DNA from: Eledone cirrhosa
Taxonomy: Eukaryota
Length of the DNA stretch: 64,000 bases
NCBI GenBank assembly: GCA_964016885.1
Contig: OZ024750.1
Span: 40,114,001 to 40,178,000 of the forward strand
Reading direction: 5' to 3'
The notes beneath the pieces were generated by a model that made no database searches, was not told the DNA's origin, and worked only from the letters and a program-made list of their open reading frames with translations. The position numbers and the translations under genes are program-made. Below, piece by piece: positions 1 through 12,983 of the stretch (position 1 is its first letter; each line of letters opens with the position of its first letter).

Positions 1-650
1 AGAGTTTTAGGGATTCAAACTCACAGACACACACACAAAGACAGACATCCTCAGGGAAGTGACATAATGCATACAGACAGATATTATAAGGGCGCGACGT
101 TATATGTATGTATCTATCTAAAAGGAGAAAGACTAAGAATTATAGAGAGAGATCGCTGAATCGCCTAATGTGGTCCCTAGGGCATTGAAAATTTGAAATT
201 TCTTTGGCTCAGAACACTCCCTGAAACATAAGTATTACATGTGTAAAGTTTGAAAACAGTTGGTTGGGTGGTTCTTGAGTTTTAGGGATTCAAACTCACA
301 CACACACAGACAGACATCCTCAGTTTTATATATATAGACTAGCAGAAAACCACCGGCAGGCGGTTTTCTGCTAGTCTATATATCTAAAACAGAGAATGTC
401 TGTCTGTCAACTCACTAAAACTTGAGAACCATCCAACCGATTGTTTTCAAACTTTAGACATGTAATACTTATGGTCCTGTGAGTGTTTTGAGCAAAAATT
501 ATTTCAAATTTCCAATGCCCTAGGGACCGCATTAGGCGATTTAGCGTTCTCTCTATATAATTCTTAGTCTTTCTTTTTAGATAGATACATAGATATAACG
601 TTGCGCCCTTATAATATCTGTCTGTATGTCTGGCTGTCTGCATTACGTCA
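1..650. mobile_element. Non-autonomous Helitron/Helentron(HINE/DINE)-like copies in inverted orientation around a CTAG-ended hairpin
   Basis: 375-650 (+) starts TCTATATATCTAAAAC..TGTCTGTCTG and is the diverged reverse complement of ~60-338; 1-53 repeats 277-323. The central 339-374 CTAGCAGAAAACC..GGTTTTCTGCTAG gives a CTAG|TC junction on both strands. 5'-TC, 3'-hairpin-CTAG and a GTCT microsatellite are Helitron/DINE hallmarks. Confidence 0.55.
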
Positions 651-761
651 TTATGAGGCGCTCAGTGTGTGTGTGCATATATATATGTATCGTAATGCAG
701 ACAGCAAGACATAGCTTTCCTTCCCCTCTTCCAGCGTCTCTCTCTCTCCCTCCCGCTATCC

Positions 762-841
<80 letters not shown>

Positions 842-936
842 TATAAAGAGAGAGAGTGGGGGAGGCTTACAACTCGAATACATAAGCACACAGATATCTC
901 ACACAATACCTACACACACGAGCGCGCGCACACACA

Positions 937-967
<31 letters not shown>

Positions 968-1300
968 TTCATATATTGTGTCTATAGAATATACAAAGTT
1001 TTCGATATAAACAAGTGTTGAAAAGTTCCTGGGGCCTCGTCTATCCACTAATTCTTTAAACAAGTCGAACAATTTTTCAGAAAAAAATCGAAACATTTGG
1101 TAATTTCTATTGGTTATGTAAAGTCTCTGGTTAAGATATGCAGGAAGATATTTAGAATTAGTCAAGACGGTTTTCATGGCACTAAATATAAAAATTGCAA
1201 GAAATATTATCCAACAAATTTCAATTATATAATTATTGCAATAAAATATAAAAACAAAAAAAAGTAAGTAATGAAAATAAAGAGAGGGGTTTGGAGCTGC

Positions 1301-1687
1301 AGACTCCACACCCCAGTCTAGGTGGTATATCTCAGCTGTGGCAGGGAGTGACAGACTCTACACCCCAGTCTAGGTGGTATACCTCAGCTGTGGTAGGGAG
1401 TGACAGACTCTACACCCCAGTCTAGGTGGTATATCTCAGCTGTGGTAGGGAGTGACAGACTCTACACCCCAGTCTAGGTGGTATACCTCAGCTGTGGTAG
1501 GGAGTGACAGACTCTACACCCCAGTCTAGGTGGTATATCTCAGCTGTGGTGGGGAGTGACAGACTCTACAACCCAGTCTAGGTGGTATACCTCAGCTGTG
1601 GTGGGGAGTGGTAGACTCTACACCCCAGTCTAGGTGGTATATCTCAATGTGGTAGGGAGTGGTAGACTCTACACCCCAGTCTAGGCG

Positions 1688-1690
<3 letters not shown>
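1301..1690. repeat. 52-bp minisatellite, ~7.5 copies
   Basis: AGACTCTACACCCCAGTCTAGGTGGTATATCTCAGCTGTGGTAGGGAGTGAC at 1301, 1353, 1405, 1457, 1509, 1561, 1613. Confidence 0.95.
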
Positions 1691-1721
<31 letters not shown>

Positions 1722-1727
1722 AATTCT

Positions 1728-2390
1728 ATAAAATGTAGGAATCTCAGCGCGGGGTAGCTGTCAACAGCTGATTGTTATGTGCACAGCAAAATCCGGGTGA
1801 AATTATAACCACATGTTGAGCGGAAGTACCGAGAGAGGAAAAGGATGTAAAGCTTAAGATAAGAAAAGAGAGAGGTAAATATATTTGGCATGTTGTTGTT
1901 GCTGCATATTTTAAAAGGCCATGATAAAAGAATAGTTAAGTGATGAAAACTAAAAAAACTTTCACGTTTGAACGAATTCATCAAATTTCTGCTCCAACCT
2001 CAAATTTTTAGAGGACGAACTCAGACTTTACCTGATCACCTTTGATTGTGAGAAAGGTTTGGCAAAGAAGGAACAACTTCTAACGAATAACAACGAAACC
2101 TCATTCAATATACACAATGGCGTGTAATTTGTTAACAGCCAATCCTTCATATAATACAATCAATTTATGTAATATACTCAAGATATTTCAAACAGACCAA
2201 CCCACAATTGGGTGTACACATGTAAGTCAATATCGATATAACTGTGTGGTTAAGGAATTTGTTTCGTGGTCACATTGTTTCAGGTTCAATTTCACTGTGT
2301 GACACCTTGGGCAAGTATCTTCTACTATAGCATCGACTAGACTAATGCTCTGTGAGTAAAATTTGGTAGACGGGAACTGTGCGGAAGTCG
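1728..2390 (+). repeat. Left copy of ~670-bp inverted duplication (partner ~11435-12105)
   Basis: Reverse-complement identity; the ORF track gives identical peptides at 2117-2302(+) and 11521-11706(-). Confidence 0.9.
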
Positions 2391-2394
2391 CCCC

Positions 2395-2424
<30 letters not shown>

Positions 2425-2426
<2 letters not shown>

Positions 2427-2622
2427 CGAAGGAAATGTGGTAAGGAACCAGGTGGACCATAACGCACCAAAGTACTCAATACTTAGAGTAGTAGAGTGGG
2501 TAATAGGAACGAGTAGGACCCCGACGGCTGAGCTCAAGCCGTGTCGACGGCTAATTCTGAACCAGAAGTCCAGAATTAGCCGACGAAACGGCTTGAGCTT
2601 AGCCGTAGGGGTCCTACTCGTT

Positions 2623-2627
<5 letters not shown>
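2425..2627. mobile_element. HHR-bearing pLTR-like family B fragment, fold-back, between (TA)n tracts
   Basis: TAGGAACGAGTAGGACCCCGACGGCTGAGCTCAAGCCG..AATTCTG is followed by its reverse complement. Same family at 14637, 16440, 40028 and 60383. Confidence 0.7.
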
Positions 2628-2667
<40 letters not shown>

Positions 2668-2702
2668 GGGGCGGCTTGTGTGTGTGTATACCGTATTTCC
2701 CG

Positions 2703-2749
<47 letters not shown>

Positions 2750-2919
2750 GTGGTGTGTGTGCAAAAAAAAATCAAAACAAAAATGGGATAGTCATGGCTA
2801 GAATACCTTTGATTGTCGAATTGCTCGTTCGACGCTTACCTACGGCTGAAAGTACTAAAAAATCATTTTTTACATACACGCTTTGCAAATGCGCATATCC
2901 CTCTCCTCACATACAAGAC

Positions 2920-3130
2920 TAATCCAGCCCCCCACCCCTCCCCTACAGGACTTGACGCCAGTCCCTAGGAGGGTTGAATCCCCAGCTACGGCTGGTACGC
3001 ACCTTTTTTCGGTTGAGTTTACTGTGAAATGAAGTGTTTTGCGCAAGAACCCAACACACAACCTAGTCCAGGAATCGAACCCATGACATTATGATCGTAG
3101 ATCATACATCCTTACCACCTAGGCCACACA
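2920..3130 (-). mobile_element. tRNA-derived SINE (family 2)
   Basis: Minus strand GTGGCCTAGGTGGTAAGG..GGTTCGATTCC (A/B boxes); homologous to 22602-22890 and 56675-56900. Confidence 0.7.
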
Positions 3131-3257
3131 AACACGCACACTATAAATCCAACAGCCTTACCACTAAGCCACACAAACACGCACACTATAAGTCCAACAG
3201 CCTTACCACTAAGCCACACATACACACACTATAAGTCCAACAGCCTTACCACTAAGC

Positions 3258-3288
<31 letters not shown>

Positions 3289-3373
3289 TATAAGTCCAAC
3301 ACCCTCACCACTAAGCCACACATACACACACACACTATACGTCCAACAGTCTCACCACTAGGCCACAAATCTC

Positions 3374-3404
<31 letters not shown>

Positions 3405-3440
3405 TAAGTCCAACACCCTCACCACTAAGCCACACACACA
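3110..3440. repeat. ~45-60-bp tandem repeat of the SINE tRNA-like head
   Basis: Repeated CACTATAAGTCCAACAGCCTTACCACTAAGCCACAC with a variable (CA)n. Confidence 0.85.
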
Positions 3441-3590
3441 CACACAAAAACGTATATTTAAACTGTATAGCAGTTCTGCTTGTTCTATCCCAAACAACTG
3501 ACATGTTAGCATTACCTGTCAGTGATAAAGGCACTAGATACACAACAAAAAAACTATGATACATATATATTAAAATATACATACATACAC

Positions 3591-3676
<86 letters not shown>

Positions 3677-3767
3677 GTGAAAAATGGAACGGGAACAAAA
3701 CAGAGAGGCAGTACGAACAAAGGTTTATTAGTTTCACGCTCTTGAGAGTGTGTGTGTGTGTGGGGGG

Positions 3768-3823
<56 letters not shown>

Positions 3824-3863
3824 CATACATACATATATATGTGTGTGTATATTTATATATAAA

Positions 3864-3889
<26 letters not shown>

Positions 3890-3897
<8 letters not shown>

Positions 3898-6167
3898 GGA
3901 AAAATTTGAACAGGGACAAAACAGAGGCAGTACAATAAATGTTTATTAATTTCACGCTCAGGAGAGTGGGGGGTAGGTGGGGGACGACGTTTCGGGCATA
4001 AGCCCTTCCTCAGGTGGGAAGTGTGTGGGAACAGAGTTCAAAAGGTGTGTAGGGGAGTGGTGGAGAGACATATAGCGAAAGGAAACGGTGCGAATGAAAA
4101 AATAACAAATAAAGATAAAAAATAAAAATAAAGCATGATCAAAATACAAGGAATGAGAAAATTTAAAAATAAAGGCATGATCAAAATAAACTGAAATTAA
4201 AAGGGGGGTAAACAGGTGGTGGAAGGGTGTGGGGTGAGTGGGGGTGGTGGCGGGTGGAGTGGGGAGAGGGAGACGGGGTGTCCGAGCGGGGAGGGCTGAA
4301 GGTGGTGTGTGTGTGTAGGTGTGCGTGTGTGTGTGTGTGTGTATGTGAAAGTAAGGGTTGGGGGAAGAACGGGGTTGCATGTTCAGGAAGAGGTGTGTGT
4401 GGGGGGTGTTTTTGTGGGTCGGAGTGTCTGTGCGTGTGTGGATAGGGGGTGGGGGGAGAGGAAACAGGAGGCTGAGGGTGTAAATATGTGGTGGGAAGCA
4501 CGTGTGTGTGGGGTTTAAGCGTGTAGTGGGTGTGGGTGGCGTATGGAGAAAAACATTTTTTGGGGGTGTGTGTGTGGGTGAGTTATATAGGTGATTACGT
4601 AAGAGGATGGTTGAAAAGTTGGTAAGTTCCAAGGATGTTTAGAGGATTGGTTGTAAGTCAATTTCTGCGTCTGGGTAATCCATGAAGCGGTGGTCGGAAG
4701 AGGAGAGATGTGGGGTGCGCGCGCAACAGGAAGTGGTCAGAAGTGGGAGTGCTGTGGTCTGTTGGTGCTGGGAGGTGGTCAGAAGGGCATAGCAGCAGTC
4801 GGTGGAATGGTAAGGGGGCGAGGATGGGTAGGTGTGAAAGTTGGAGTGAGGAGGGTGTGTGTGTGTGTGTGTGTGTGTGTATTAGTAGGGGTGTTAGTGG
4901 GATGAGTGAGTGTGGCGCGAGGGTGTGGGTGGAGCGGGGAGAGAAGGGTGTGTGTGGTTCTATGGAGGGAGTGTGGTGTACTGGTGTGTGTGTAGTTTGA
5001 TGAAGAGGTGTTAGTGGGTGTTAGTATACGGGAGGTGGGGAGGGGTTGAATGCAGGTGTGAGTGGGGTTAGTGGTGGTAGGGTGTGTAGAGTTGGTGGTG
5101 TACGAGGGTTTGTGGGTACGTGTGCGTGGGGTTGGGGGTGTTAGTGATGTTAGTTGCGTGTGGGGTGGGTGGTGTAAGTGGGTGCGTGTGTTCGTGTGCT
5201 TGGGGTTAGGGGGTGTTAGTGAGGTTAGTTGCGGGGTGGTGGGATGGAGGTGTGGGGGTGAGAGGTGTGAGGGTGAGGGTTAGTGGTGGTAGTAGGGTGT
5301 GTGTTTAGTGTGAGCGTGTGTATATATGTGCCGGTGGGTGTGTGCGTGTGATAAGGAGGGGGAGGAGGAGAAGAGGGGAGGGAAGGGATGTTAGTATGTT
5401 AGTTGGGGAAGGGTGGTCAGATGAGGGGTGGAGTGGAGGTGTTAGTATTGTTAGTGTGGGGTGGGCGGTGTAAAGGAGGGGTGTGTTAGTGGTGTTAGTG
5501 GGGGATAAGTGTGTGTGTGTGTGGGGGGGGGGGGTCGAACGCTAAAGGAATAAGGGTGGGGAGTTCAGGCCGGGGGGAGTGTGGGTCTGTAAGATGAAGA
5601 TAGTTCGTTGTTCGACCGTAAGGCGATGGGCGGGTGTTCCGTGGCACTGGAGTAGGCCACAGACTGTGAGATGGCGGGCGATGGGGGAACTGCCCCCGAG
5701 ACGAATATCCCGGAGGTGCTCCGTGACTCGGTCCGCCAGGCGACGTCCTGTCTGTCCGTTGGGACCCTGGAAGGTGGTGGTGTTGGTGATGTGGGGACAG
5801 GTGTTGCAGCGGGACCTAGAACAGGGAAAGGAACCGGGGGGGGACAGAGCGTGGGTTGGGGGTAGGGAGCTGTGGACGAGGAGGGTGCGGAGATTGCGTG
5901 CGCGTTTGAAGGAGGGGAGTGGTGGGGTTGGGAAGATGTGGGAGGTGGAGGGGTCGGACTGGAGGCGTCGGAAGAGGCGGCGGATGGTGCGGTGGAGGGG
6001 TAAGGTGGAGGGGTGGTAGGTGATGGGGAAGGGGAGACGGTGGGTGGGTGTGCGGTGGCGTGGGGTGAGGGTGGTGGAGCGGGGGATAGCACGGGCGCGG
6101 GTGAGAGCGGTGTAGACGAGAGAGGGGGGTAACCTCTGCGGATGAAATGGCTGACTAGGGAAAGGGC
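3890..6167 (-). mobile_element. Degenerate Penelope-like derivative: C-rich low-complexity body with 3' hammerhead-like motif
   Basis: Minus strand starts with a peptide [14 protein letters not shown] (like the PLE RT C-terminal F..xGYP motif). It ends with CTGAGGA-AGGGC-TTAT-GCCC-GAAAC-GTC (3985-4013), then AATAAA. The 3' end is duplicated at 3670-3750 and it is bounded by (TA)n. Confidence 0.45.
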
Positions 6168-6168
6168 A

Positions 6169-6207
<39 letters not shown>

Positions 6208-6232
6208 GTGTGTGTGTGTATATATATATGTA

Positions 6233-6292
<60 letters not shown>

Positions 6293-6295
<3 letters not shown>

Positions 6296-6858
6296 GGTGG
6301 TGGCTGCCAACTCGTTTTCGAGTACGGCCACTACTTTATATCCATGTAGGAGAACTCCTACCGATGCGCTGAACGAGTGTGACTTTTTAGTCCAGCCAGA
6401 GACTTGAAAACTCTGGTACAAACACTACACTTGTGACAATTATTGACACATAGTGCTGGGCCCATGGTACCATGTGAAGCTTTTATAGTGAGCAAAGGCT
6501 CTGCACAAAGCCAGTCCCACTCTCTTAACAAGATGATATTTACCAAAAAGAAGAATAAGTCAACATCATTGGATACCATCAGGGTTGCAGGTGTTATATC
6601 AGAGTTTTCCTTCTCCTCGAATTCTGCCTTGACAAAGGCTAAGGGGTCATCTCTCCCAGTGATTTTGGATGGCCATTGACTCTTAAGAGCTCCTTTGCCC
6701 TTTGACAGGTTTTGTTTTTAATCCTGCAGGATGTCCAAAGTCACCCTCCTCACCAAGAAACCTTGGTTGGGGTTGCCAGTTTAGTCGCCAACGACCCGAC
6801 CATGGGACAGGTTGTACTGGGATACATGTTACCAGTAGCACCAACTGGTGACCTGACA
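6293..6858 (-). mobile_element. RTE-clade derived, internally deleted non-autonomous element
   Basis: C2H2 C-terminus [22 protein letters not shown] and a CTCGAAAACGAG 3' hairpin resemble RTE/BovB 3' ends. The 5' part is homologous to 17250-17342. It is flanked by (TA)n. Confidence 0.55.
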
Positions 6859-6887
6859 ATATATATACATACAGACATACATACATA

Positions 6888-6969
<82 letters not shown>

Positions 6970-7004
6970 CATACATACATACATACATACATACATACAT
7001 ACAT

Positions 7005-7062
<58 letters not shown>

Positions 7063-7319
7063 AAGGATACTATTTATGGTTATGTATATACTAAAACTTT
7101 TTATAGTTATATTTTAAACCCTAAACAGTGATGGTCAGTCATTTATTACTACCTTATTACATCAATATATACATATGTATCTGTATGTCTCTTGCGTTGG
7201 AAAGGAGGTCAATCATGTGTACAAACATTGAAAAATGCTCCGAAGATTTCAAGCCTAGGTTTGGATGAAACGATTGTAAGTGAATAAATGCTTTGAACAT
7301 AGCTTTGATTCTTGTGAAT

Positions 7320-7350
<31 letters not shown>

Positions 7351-7396
7351 GTATACATACATATACATACATATATATACATACATACATATACAT

Positions 7397-7431
<35 letters not shown>

Positions 7432-7940
7432 CATAAATACACACACACACACACACACATACTTGGTTGACAACAAGACAAGAATCAGACTAGGCTGAAT
7501 TGCTAAACAGGAGCAGCTATTAAATAAGAACTTGGGGGGGGGGGGAGACTGGTTCTTATACTGAAGTAAGTGAACGAAGGTTTTTCTCTTAGTTTTACTG
7601 GCATCACATCATCATACACTGTAGGACCTACATCTGCAAATACACAGAGGAAAAATCGCATTTTTGCTTAAGATAAAAGAAATGTTTAAACTGGAATATA
7701 ATTGTTTCTGTTGTACGTTGTTTTTCTCATATCTTTATAGATATGTTTCCACTTTTTTTAAAATAAATTACCTCCCTTTTTTAAAAACAACATAATGTGG
7801 CTATTACTCCTGGCAAAAACCAAACCACAGCCATGTCAACTCTCCCCGTCAGACGCGGAGATCTCTCACCCACTTTGGGGAGGATGAGAGATGCCTTCTC
7901 TTGTGAAAATGGGTATAGCTTTCATTATGTAAAATCTCCC

Positions 7941-8131
7941 CGGTGGATTGGCAGTATCAGTAGAGGGTTGGACGGACGCCATGCTTTCCAGCATAGTTAC
8001 GCCCCTTTACGATCTGAGTTCAAATCCCGCCGAGGTTGACTTTGCCTTTCATCCTTACGGGGTCGATAAAATAAAGTACCAGTAATGCACTGAATAATTT
8101 GCTGGCCTTGTGCCTAAAGTAGAAACAATTA
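7941..8131 (+). mobile_element. tRNA-derived SINE family 1, full length
   Basis: GGTGGATTGGCAG..GAGTTCAAATCCCGCC (B box)..TTTGCCTTTCATCCTTACGGGGTCGATAAAATAAAGTACCAG..TAGAAACAATTAT; more than 12 copies in the window. The core resembles the Meta/MESC SINE domain (from memory, unverified). Confidence 0.85.
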
Positions 8132-8139
8132 TGTAAAAT

Positions 8140-8430
8140 TTCCCCATCTTGCCTCATTTCTCTCCGTTTTGGGGGCCCTTTTGTCATGGTGTTCCTCCGT
8201 TTGGGTTTTTGGAGGTTGGCAGGTCTGCCAAACAAACCGGCAGCAAACCCAGGGGTAAACTCCTGTCCCCGGAGAAAGATAGTTGGATAACATCGGCTGG
8301 TCTCGCTTGGTGATCCAGCTGGATCAATTGGAGATGTTTGCCTCAGACAGGATCGGCTGGAAGGAGTGTGTGGGGACTCTGCACCCAACGACCCTGTCGG
8401 GAATCTGTGGAAGAAAAACAGAAGACTATT
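8140..8430 (+). mobile_element. RTE-like LINE remnant (3' end)
   Basis: Peptide LEMFASDRIGWKECV matches the RTE C-terminal AxDRxxW motif. Confidence 0.4.
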
Positions 8431-8934
8431 TTTTCTTAGATTCAATTCAACGAGGGTCGTTATATTTTGAAGACAATGTTACAGCTTTATCTCTTTATTT
8501 AATCAATTTAAGCGTTCGTATAGAGCTAGTTAGCCATGACAAACTAGGAGAGGTGTCTCCAATACTCCTTACAATTCAGAAACAAAACTAAGAGAGAAAT
8601 AGAGAGCGAAAAAAGAAAAGGAAAAGAAGGAAAACAGGAGTGAAGAGAAGCAAAAATATGAAAAGGGGTGAAAAACAGGGACAACCTCTGGAAATCACTA
8701 CAGTTTCGGTTTATTAAGGTCGATACCATTCAGTCCAGTGTACATTGGGACATAACAAAACAGGGAGAGACATGTTATGTCTTTAGGTAAATTACACAAA
8801 TATATAGTGTGGAAGGGTTGAGTTAAAGGAGAGAAATAGTAAAACAGAAGAGAATAGGGAGTGTTGTCTAATGTGTAGAGAAGGTAAGAAGGGAAAATAT
8901 AGGGGAAAACAAACCGGGAGGTGTGATGATGATG

Positions 8935-9008
<74 letters not shown>

Positions 9009-9044
9009 GGTAAACAGAAATAACAACACAATCAGTACAGTACA

Positions 9045-9180
9045 TAGAAGGAATATATTAGTTTAACGCTGGAAATAGGAGGAAGAGGGTCTTAACGTTT
9101 CGGACGCTAGTCCTTCATCAAAAGAAAGAATGAGAAATAAGATAGATTGAAGGGACGGGTGGGTTGGAAATAGAAAAAAT
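9045..9180 (-). ncRNA. Minimal hammerhead-like motif in pLTR-like repeat (family also at 38850-39010 + and 53850-53960 -)
   Basis: Minus strand TTGATGA-AGGAC-TAGC-GTCC-GAAAC-GTTA with palindromic AACGTT; C3 is mutated. Confidence 0.55.
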
Positions 9181-9234
9181 GTGTACAGGTCTATTTATGT
9201 TGCCATCTATATTTATAAATATATTAGCATCTCA

Positions 9235-9364
9235 CAGATTTATACCGGTAACATAGCTACAGTTTACTATCTCATGTTCAGATTTATACCGGTAACATAG
9301 CTACAGTTTACTATCTCACGTTCAGATTTATACCGGTAACATAGCTACAGTTTACTATCTCACG
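9235..9364. repeat. 44-bp tandem repeat x3
   Basis: CAGATTTATACCGGTAACATAGCTACAGTTTACTATCTCA repeated three times. Confidence 0.9.
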
Positions 9365-9606
9365 GCCTCCATTTTTCGCTTCATAATTTTCCCACTAATT
9401 AATGATATACTTTAATCAAATTTTTCAGAAAATAAATTTTTTTCGCAATTTATAATAATTGTAGAAATGACATAACATTCCTGTAGGACATAACACTGCC
9501 TATGGCAAGCAGTGAAATTGTGACCCTGCCCAGAGGTATAACTAGGGAAAATAGCCCCTGTGGCAAGCAGTGATATTGTGACCCCTGCCCAGAGGTATAA
9601 CACACG

Positions 9607-9692
<86 letters not shown>

Positions 9693-9697
<5 letters not shown>

Positions 9698-9853
9698 GTA
9701 ATAATAAATTTGAAGACTAAAATCCAAAGAGGGCTCGATAAGGATAAATATATATCAAATATATAAGAACCGTAGGGCAAATATTTATTAAAATAACAGA
9801 TTAAAGTTTAAGCAAAGAAACGCTGCTTTCACCCTTAACGGGATCTTCTGAAA

Positions 9854-9857
<4 letters not shown>
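9693..9857 (-). mobile_element. CAGAAGA-core hammerhead family element between (TA)n tracts
   Basis: Near-identical to 12373-12440, 12544-12705, 15896-16140 and 57055-57235. Confidence 0.75.
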
Positions 9858-9887
<30 letters not shown>

Positions 9888-10269
9888 AGAGTATTGAAGT
9901 TTGCTTGAAACATTGTGGAATAATAAGGTAAATTTCTTTAAGTCGTTTAAAACAACGAACAGCGGAGGACGCGTTTCGCACCTTTCCGACAGACAACCTT
10001 TCTCCCACCCCGGAAAAAAACCCCAGTTGATGGATGTGAATCCGAAATATATAGGGACAATTAAATCTCTCCCAAGGTAACTCTCTCTCGTGTTGTTATT
10101 TTAATTTTATCCTTTATGCTCTTTTCTTCATTCCTCTACACGTCTTATACACGCCAAGCATCTCAACGTACACCCACTTACATCTCTCTCTCCACCACCG
10201 GATCTTGTTACCCGGAGATTTACCCATTTGCATTGTCGAGACTTCCAAACGACTTAAATATATATATAT

Positions 10270-10300
<31 letters not shown>

Positions 10301-11349
10301 GTTATTTTGTTGTCGGTTCATAAGGCTGGTGTAGTCTGCAATCCGGAGAGGAGGAGAGAATAATGGTCTGTAGACCTCTGCAGCCTGAAGGTAGCGGTGA
10401 ATCTTTCACATAGCTTGTTTGTATCGTGGTGCCCGGTCTCTCTGTGTGTAAGACGTGGGATGATACAGGCTTTATATACCTGTCGCTTTCTGTCTCCCAC
10501 CTCGAGGGATCGCCCACGCATGAACCTGTCCACACTGAAAAGGATGGTGACCTAGAATTTGATTTTTAGGTGTCACCCAGGGTTCAAGGCGTCGACAGAT
10601 TTCGCTACATATTGTGGGAAACGTTATTTCCGCAAATTCTTATGGACAAATAAACGTTAAGAAATTTACGAGGAAACGGGTGTGAGAAAAGACAAAACAG
10701 CCAAGCCCACTACATGACAGTTTAATTCAATACTTACTTCCTACACGAGACATTGTTGTAGAAAGGTGCATCGGAGCTTATTAATAATAAGCTCGTAAGT
10801 TCGATTCCCAAAAGTCCATTGTGTCCTTGAGCAAGACGCTTCATTTCGCGTCGCTTCAGTCCATTCTGCTGACAAAATGTCATTTACTATGGCCTTGAGT
10901 CGACCCAAACTTTGTAGACATAGACTGCCTGTCGATTAGACTGCACTTGTAATTCAAGTCGAAGGGCAGACCTTGTTCAACATTGAGGTACGTTAAGTCT
11001 CTCTGAGAACCAAGTTAAGAGTACAATCAGCCGTGGGACGCTCAGTCACTTGCATGTTAATTTCACAAGCAGGTTGTTTCCGTTGTTTCTAACAAGTGGG
11101 ACGCTCGTCGTCGAAACCGACGGAGGTCCAGCAACACCAGACATCTCACTTACATTACTGTCTCCCGTCAATCGGCCGAAAACCAGCATCGCTACACTTA
11201 CAGTTGTGGATTCCTTGTGGAATCCTTGTGAAAGCATCACTTTTGCAACCACCTGGTTTCGGTAACAGTTCCGCTGTGAATCACCTTGGCACAGATTGAC
11301 CTGCGTCTTCAGGGTGAAATTTAGTAGGCAAAAACTGTGAAAAGTTCCG

Positions 11350-11425
<76 letters not shown>

Positions 11426-11434
11426 GTAGGGCGG

Positions 11435-12105
11435 GCTTCCGCACAGTTTCCGTCTACCAAATTTTACTCACAGAGCATTAGTCTAGTCGATGCTATAGTA
11501 GAAGATACTTGCCCAAGGTGTCACACAGTGAAATTGAACCTGAAACAATGTGACCACGAAACAAATTCCTTAACCACACAGTTATATCGATATTGACTTA
11601 CATGTGTACACCCAATTGTGGGTTGGTCTGTTTGAAATATCTTGAGTATATTACATAAATTGATTGTATTATATGAAGGATTGGCTGTTAACAAATTACA
11701 CGCCATTGTGTATATTGAATGAGGTTTCGTTGTTATTCGTTAGAAGTTGTTCCTTCTTTGCCAAACCTTTCTCACAATCAAAGGTGATCAGGTAAAGTCT
11801 GAGTTCGTCCTCTAAAAATTTGAGGTTGGAGCAGAAATTTGATGAATTCGTTCAAACGTGAAAGTTTTTTTAGTTTTCATCACTTAACTATTCTTTTATC
11901 ATGGCCTTTTAAAATATGCAGCAACAACAACATGCCAAATATATTTACCTCTCTCTTTTCTTATCTTAAGCTTTACATTCCCTTCCGTTTCCCCCCTCTC
12001 TCTTCTTCCGCTCAACATGTGGTTGTATTTGAACCCGGCTATTGCTGTACACATAACAATCAGCTGTTTACAGCTACCCCCGCGCTGAGATTCCTACAAT
12101 TTTAT
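11435..12105 (-). repeat. Right copy of ~670-bp inverted duplication (partner 1728-2390)
   Basis: Reverse-complement identity to 1728-2390. Confidence 0.9.
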
Positions 12106-12319
12106 GAGTGGTTAGAGAATTGGATTCGCAATCTTGAGGTTGTGAGTTCGATTCCTGGACCGGGCGATGCGTTATGTCCTTGAGCAAGACTCTTTATTTC
12201 ACGTTGCTCCTTCTACCTGGAGTTGTGACCAATAGATAGTATTAGCAACTGGAAAGACCAACGGAAACATTGTTTCCTCGGTCCGATTTGACGAAAGTCG
12301 ATTGACTGTCTGTCGATAT

Positions 12320-12378
<59 letters not shown>

Positions 12379-12902
12379 TAACAGATTAAAGTTTAAGCAA
12401 AGAATCAGTGCTTTCATCCTTAACGGGATCTTCTGAAATTAAAAAAATCAATCCTTATAGATGCCTGTTGAGGGAATTTTGTTCATGTGTATATATATGT
12501 ATATACATGAACGAGGGAATTTTGTTCATATATATATATATATAGTAATAATAATAAATTTGAAGACTAAAATCCAAAGAGGGCTCGAAAAGGATAAATA
12601 TATATCAAATATATAAGAACCGTAGAGCAAATATTTATTAAAATAACAGATTAAAGTTTAAAGCAGCGATTCTTTGCTTAAACTTTAATCTGTTATTTTA
12701 ATAAATATATATATATATAAAAGTGGATGAATACTTCAACAGGCACTATGTACTTGTAGAAATATGCAAGGTGTTTATAATATTTGTGGTTCAATGGTAC
12801 TAATTCGAGATACCAGAACAATATAAAAATAGCTGAGCAAGCGGTTATCAAACAATTCTCTAAATAAATTAAAAAACGATTTAAATAATCACCTGTTCTA
12901 TT

Positions 12903-12983
12903 GTTGTTACCGACGGTTTCATCATTCCAAAAGATTGGAAATCCAGAGAATTTCCAATGGAAAGAAATGAATCTTCAGACAGC
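12903..12983 (-). ncRNA. Type I hammerhead ribozyme motif with long stem II
   Basis: Minus strand GCTGT-CTGAAGA-TTCATT..(TTGGAAAT/ATTTCCAA)..AATGAT-GAA-ACC-GTC-GGT-A-ACAAC. Confidence 0.6.

Noticed and set aside
10300-10534. Possible solo LTR (TG...CA, TATA on minus strand)
   Set aside because: No target-site duplication and no second copy in the window.
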